A DNA stretch of 54,722 bases, filler included, from Sphacelaria rigidula (Eukaryota), in assembly GCA_964200075.2 (NCBI GenBank). It is 5 parts of 5 records of this genome, joined end to end, with 100 filler letters (N's around TTAATTAATTAA, not from the genome) between each part and the next. Parts side by side here need not be neighbours in the genome. Positions count along the whole stretch, not along the records: positions 43,860 to 54,722 come from CAXNAA020005774.1; 4 more parts are not named here. One strand, given 5' to 3'. The first letter of the stretch is position 1. Each line of letters begins with the position of its first letter. Below are positions 50,855 through 54,722 of this stretch, one piece after another. Made by a program: the position numbers and the translations under genes. A model generated the notes under the pieces. The model had not been told where the DNA came from. It ran no database searches and saw nothing but the letters and a program-made list of their open reading frames with translations.

Positions 50855-51502
50855 TTCACAACCAAGCGAATGCTGATACCATGGCGGCGTCAGAGAAGTC
50901 TCCTGATTGCGATGCCAAGTTTTTCTACTTCGTGAATGGCCCATTGTGATGAGTATGGCAGTTTAAATGGATGATGAATGCCCCACTTTGCTTGTTAGGG
51001 TTTATCGACTTTGGGCTGGACGTGACCATGGTGGTGAAGGTGGGCGTGGTTTTTTTCATTCCGTTATGACCTCTGAAGAGGAACAACGGTTTTCAGAGTG
51101 AAGTGGTGAAAACGGCACTCCCACTCTGAAAAAAATGCTCTGAGGAATACTTCATAGCGGAAAGTGCACCGTTACCCTGCGTCACCGGCTATTTTTCCTT
51201 CCTCTCTGACTCTAAAATATGAAAAAAACGTTTTCCGAATTTCTCTTGTATCAAGCGTTAGTTCATCTAGTGCCTCTGCTCGTAATACATTGATTTTAGT
51301 ATCGAAACTTATGTGCATCATATCTCGAGAAAGATAACGAGTTAGGTGAAGGTGAGGGTATATCTATCGTCTCCCCGTGCTCCAGGGAATGTCCACATAA
51401 AAAATCGTCGTCATCCGCTGCATGCATCGATGGAGGTTTCATATCATTTTACTTTTGATTTCTTCTCCGTTAGGTATAGGAATTGCTAGACATGGGGTTT
51501 AA

Positions 51503-52577
51503 GGCCGCTTCTTATAACAAAGATAAAAATGGAAAAATGTCTTTTTGGAGCTTTTACGTCGTTTCACGCCCCGAGAGAGAGCTAGGGGGGAGTCTGACAC
51601 CTTGGAATGACTTGCTCTACTAGTTGAGGTGGTTCCAGGGCATCGTCCCGTTTCCCGGTGACCACAGTTTTCATTTTGGTCAAACAAGAATTTTTGTCCA
51701 GGAACGGTAAAAAACAGTCAAGTCCAGAGAATTTAGGCATTTTTCTCTGGACTTGACTATATTTTACCGTTCCTGGACAAAAGTTCTTGTTTGGCCAAAA
51801 TGAAAACTAACACAATATTCGTGAGCTTCAGAGTGTAGTTTCAGATTCAGAGTCACGATTTCAAATTGAAGAACTGTTCTTTTTGTGGGCAATTCTTCTG
51901 CGAAACAGTTTGCGTCACTAATCAACCAACCCGGGTAATGAACGTGCGTGTTTTCACAGCCTCCAATTTTGGTTGACTTTGTACGCTTCTCCCCGATTCT
52001 CCCCAAATGAATGTGTTAAACACTATATTCGTGAGAATCAGAGTGTAGTTTTAGATTCATCCAAACGGAAGAACTGTTCTCTTTGTGGTCGATTCTTATG
52101 CGAAACAGTTCGCGTCACTGATCAACCAACATTGGAGGCTGTGAAAACACGCACGTTCATTACTCGGGTTGGTTGATCAGTGACGCAAACTGTTTCGCAT
52201 AAGAATCGACCACAAAGAAAACTGTTCTTCCGTTTGAAATCCTGACTCTGAATATCAAAATATGCACTCTGAATCTCACGAATATAGTGTTAAATGTGGC
52301 CACCGGGAAACGGGAAGATGTCCTGGAACTACCTTGGGCATTTTTCTCTGGACTTGACTGTTTTTTTCCGTTCCTGAACAAAAATTCCTGTTTGGCCAAA
52401 ATGAAAACTGTGGCCACCGTGGAACGGGAAAATATCCTGGAACCACCTCAACTAGTAGAGCAAGTCATTCCAAGGTGTCAAACTCCGCCTAGCCCTCTTT
52501 CGGGGCGTAAAACGACGCAAAAGCTCCAAAAAGACACTTTCCCGTATTTCTATCTTTGTCTATTATAAGGAGCGGCC
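51503..52577. mobile_element. Complex foldback MITE, PIF/Harbinger-like, related to 7040-7518
   Basis: TIR GGCCGCTTCTTATAA...TTATAAGGAGCGGCC flanked by TAA/TAG; shares CCTTGGAATGACTTGCT with the 7040 element; nested internal inverted repeats. Confidence 0.82.
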
Positions 52578-52777
52578 TAGTCTAATAATCAACGAGAAAA
52601 TATTGGCCCAGACTTATGAGCAGATGGGCACCTTCCCCTTGATTAGACGATGAATACAAAATGCGGATCATGACCCAACTCGTCTGCATCGATGAGATTT
52701 CGCTTTGAGAGCTTAAATCCGTTTCTAGGCTGGCCCAGCTCGTATTTCACGTCGCGAGCCTGGACATACTAATGGCT

Positions 52778-52814
<37 letters not shown>

Positions 52815-54722
52815 CCTGTCTCTCGCGCCATCATGCTGCTCGGCTAACATAATATATTGAACGCGCAACGCGTCGACAAATTGGGCAGGCAATACAGGTA
52901 TGTATGTACGATATTGCATACTGTATTGTCCCAGGTGTGAAATACTACACTATAGTGTCGCGTGAGTTGATTGACGTGATCTTGGTGTTGGACGACGGCT
53001 AGTTGTACCTGTGTGTAGAGTTCGGCGTGCTGACATTCGTACTGTCTCAGTAATCTTTAATCTTTGCATCACGTTTCGGACAGGCATATTGGAAGATGAC
53101 TTTTTGATTGGAATAAATTTCCCACAGCCGTCGCAGCTGCTTTGGGTGCGGTATCCATTGTTGGCTCGTGCGCTGTACCCGGTGGAATTGAGCCAGACTC
53201 CATCAAAAATACAGATTCAAAGATATGATACGGCTGCGTATCACCATCATCGCTACTTTGTGCTCTGTTCACTTGTCTGACCCCGTCGCCTTTGTTCTGG
53301 GGTGATGATAAAGAACGTGACACTAAATTGAGCGTAATGCTGCAATTTGTTGGATGTTGGCCTCAAATGCTTTTGTCATAAACAACAGTCGATCGCATTT
53401 GAAGGCGCCAAGTCATGTGGCACCTCACAAAATCGCCCCACAACCAACACAGCGCACAGCTTCGACAAGGTTCTTTAAAAAAATCATGTGTTTGTCCAGT
53501 TTTATCAGAGAAAAACGTGAAAAAAGGTTCTACTCGAGAGGCGGAGGTTTACATATCCAGTCCTGACCTTTCCCTGTCACGACCTCAGAGTCTCGACCCC
53601 ACGACTCCCGATTTGGTCCACCAGGAATAATCGCTCGATTCACAAGATTGATAGTACCGCAAAGCTGTACACAAGGTGCCATATCTCGACGAACCGAGCA
53701 GAAACAGCAGGCTGGCCACAGGCGCAGACACCGCGCCCCTGACAGCTGCCTACCGTCTCGAGTAAAACTCTAGCTGTCGAGTACATCTCTAGTTGCTAGA
53801 GAGTACCTTACTCGTACGAGTATATACTTTCAGACCCCGGAAATCCCGGATATATAAGCCAGGCCAAGTTTGCGATCAAGACAGTACTGCACTTTTGCAG
53901 TACCCTACTGTACTGTGCTGTGCTGCACTGTACTACTCGCGCTGCCAGCGTACACACTGTGCCGAGACGACCTTCCCTCTATTCACCACCAAGCATATCG
54001 CTGTGTACATTATTACAGTAATATGATATCGAAACGACCACTCTACCTGGATACACATTTATACAGTACGTAGTGCTGATCAAATAAGTGCCACTGCACC
54101 AAACTACTTCGTATGCATCATGTATGCACTTGTATGTGTATTCACGGACAACCGATATCTGCCTTCATGTGCGATAGCCTTTGCTGCACTATTTGTGTAC
54201 TCCATTCTCGTCACCAAACTGCTGCTACAGAAGCTCCGGAAAGTTTTACCTCGTTGAACGAACTTACCAGCCGTGACTGTCTGTTCCTCCAGCGTAGTGA
54301 TCCACGATGATTGCGCCCAGCTCCGGTCCGAGCATGTAGTCGCCACTGGAAGAGGCCATGTTGAACCAAGCGAATCGACGTATATCGTATACACAGTAGA
54401 AGGGATAGCCTCAGTACATACGTCACTGCATTGCTACATAAACTTGTTCACAAACTCCTGAACTCGTGAGAGTATTCGAGACTTGTAAGCACTCCTATAT
54501 GTGGGCGTGTACCAGACACCGTGAGAATCTTCTCGATACACTAGTCGTCGGCGATGATACTCGACGGTTTCGCGCGAATGGGAACATTTAGATGCGCCGT
54601 CATCAAAGAAAGGTTTGTATAGTCATACTCTAACATACGAAAATGGGACAATATTGCACAGGCACCGTAGGTAAGGTACCGTACCGAGCGTACCCCCCGG
54701 TATTTACCGGGGTATCCCATAC

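Noticed and set aside
53084..53110. ILEDDFL as the CCDC25 terminal exon (family ends in EDDFM-like sequence)
   Set aside because: It lacks the preceding RSY motif, the phase does not fit, and no stop follows.

Overview
This is eukaryotic, intron-rich, repeat-rich DNA, most consistent with a brown alga or related stramenopile (inferred from gene structure and repeat style, not proven). It is not one locus. Five contigs of near-identical, decreasing length (10865, 10865, 10865, 10864, 10863 bp) are joined by 100-bp N44-TTAATTAATTAA-N44 linkers, so adjacency across linkers carries no meaning. Contig 1 (1-10865): six phase-consistent minus-strand exons of the C-terminal part of a FANCD2 homologue, with introns full of foldback MITEs and SINE-like repeats. 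Contig 2 (10966-21830): a decayed, internally duplicated chromodomain-bearing Gypsy LTR retroelement (minus) with a 1.5-kb TTAA-flanked piggyBac-like element nested in its integrase. Contig 3 (21931-32795): six plus-strand exons of a PPR-like, probably organelle-targeted protein, plus a weakly supported divergent gene. Contig 4 (32896-43759): 5' exons of a calmodulin-like EF-hand gene (minus), a scrambled piggyBac-related locus, and 3' exons of an unidentified gene. Contig 5 (43860-54722): three exons of CCDC25 plus MITEs. Most ORFs in the supplied track are spurious; the real coding pieces are short spliced exons. I found no convincing wholly new biological system. The most unusual signals are in transposon architecture.
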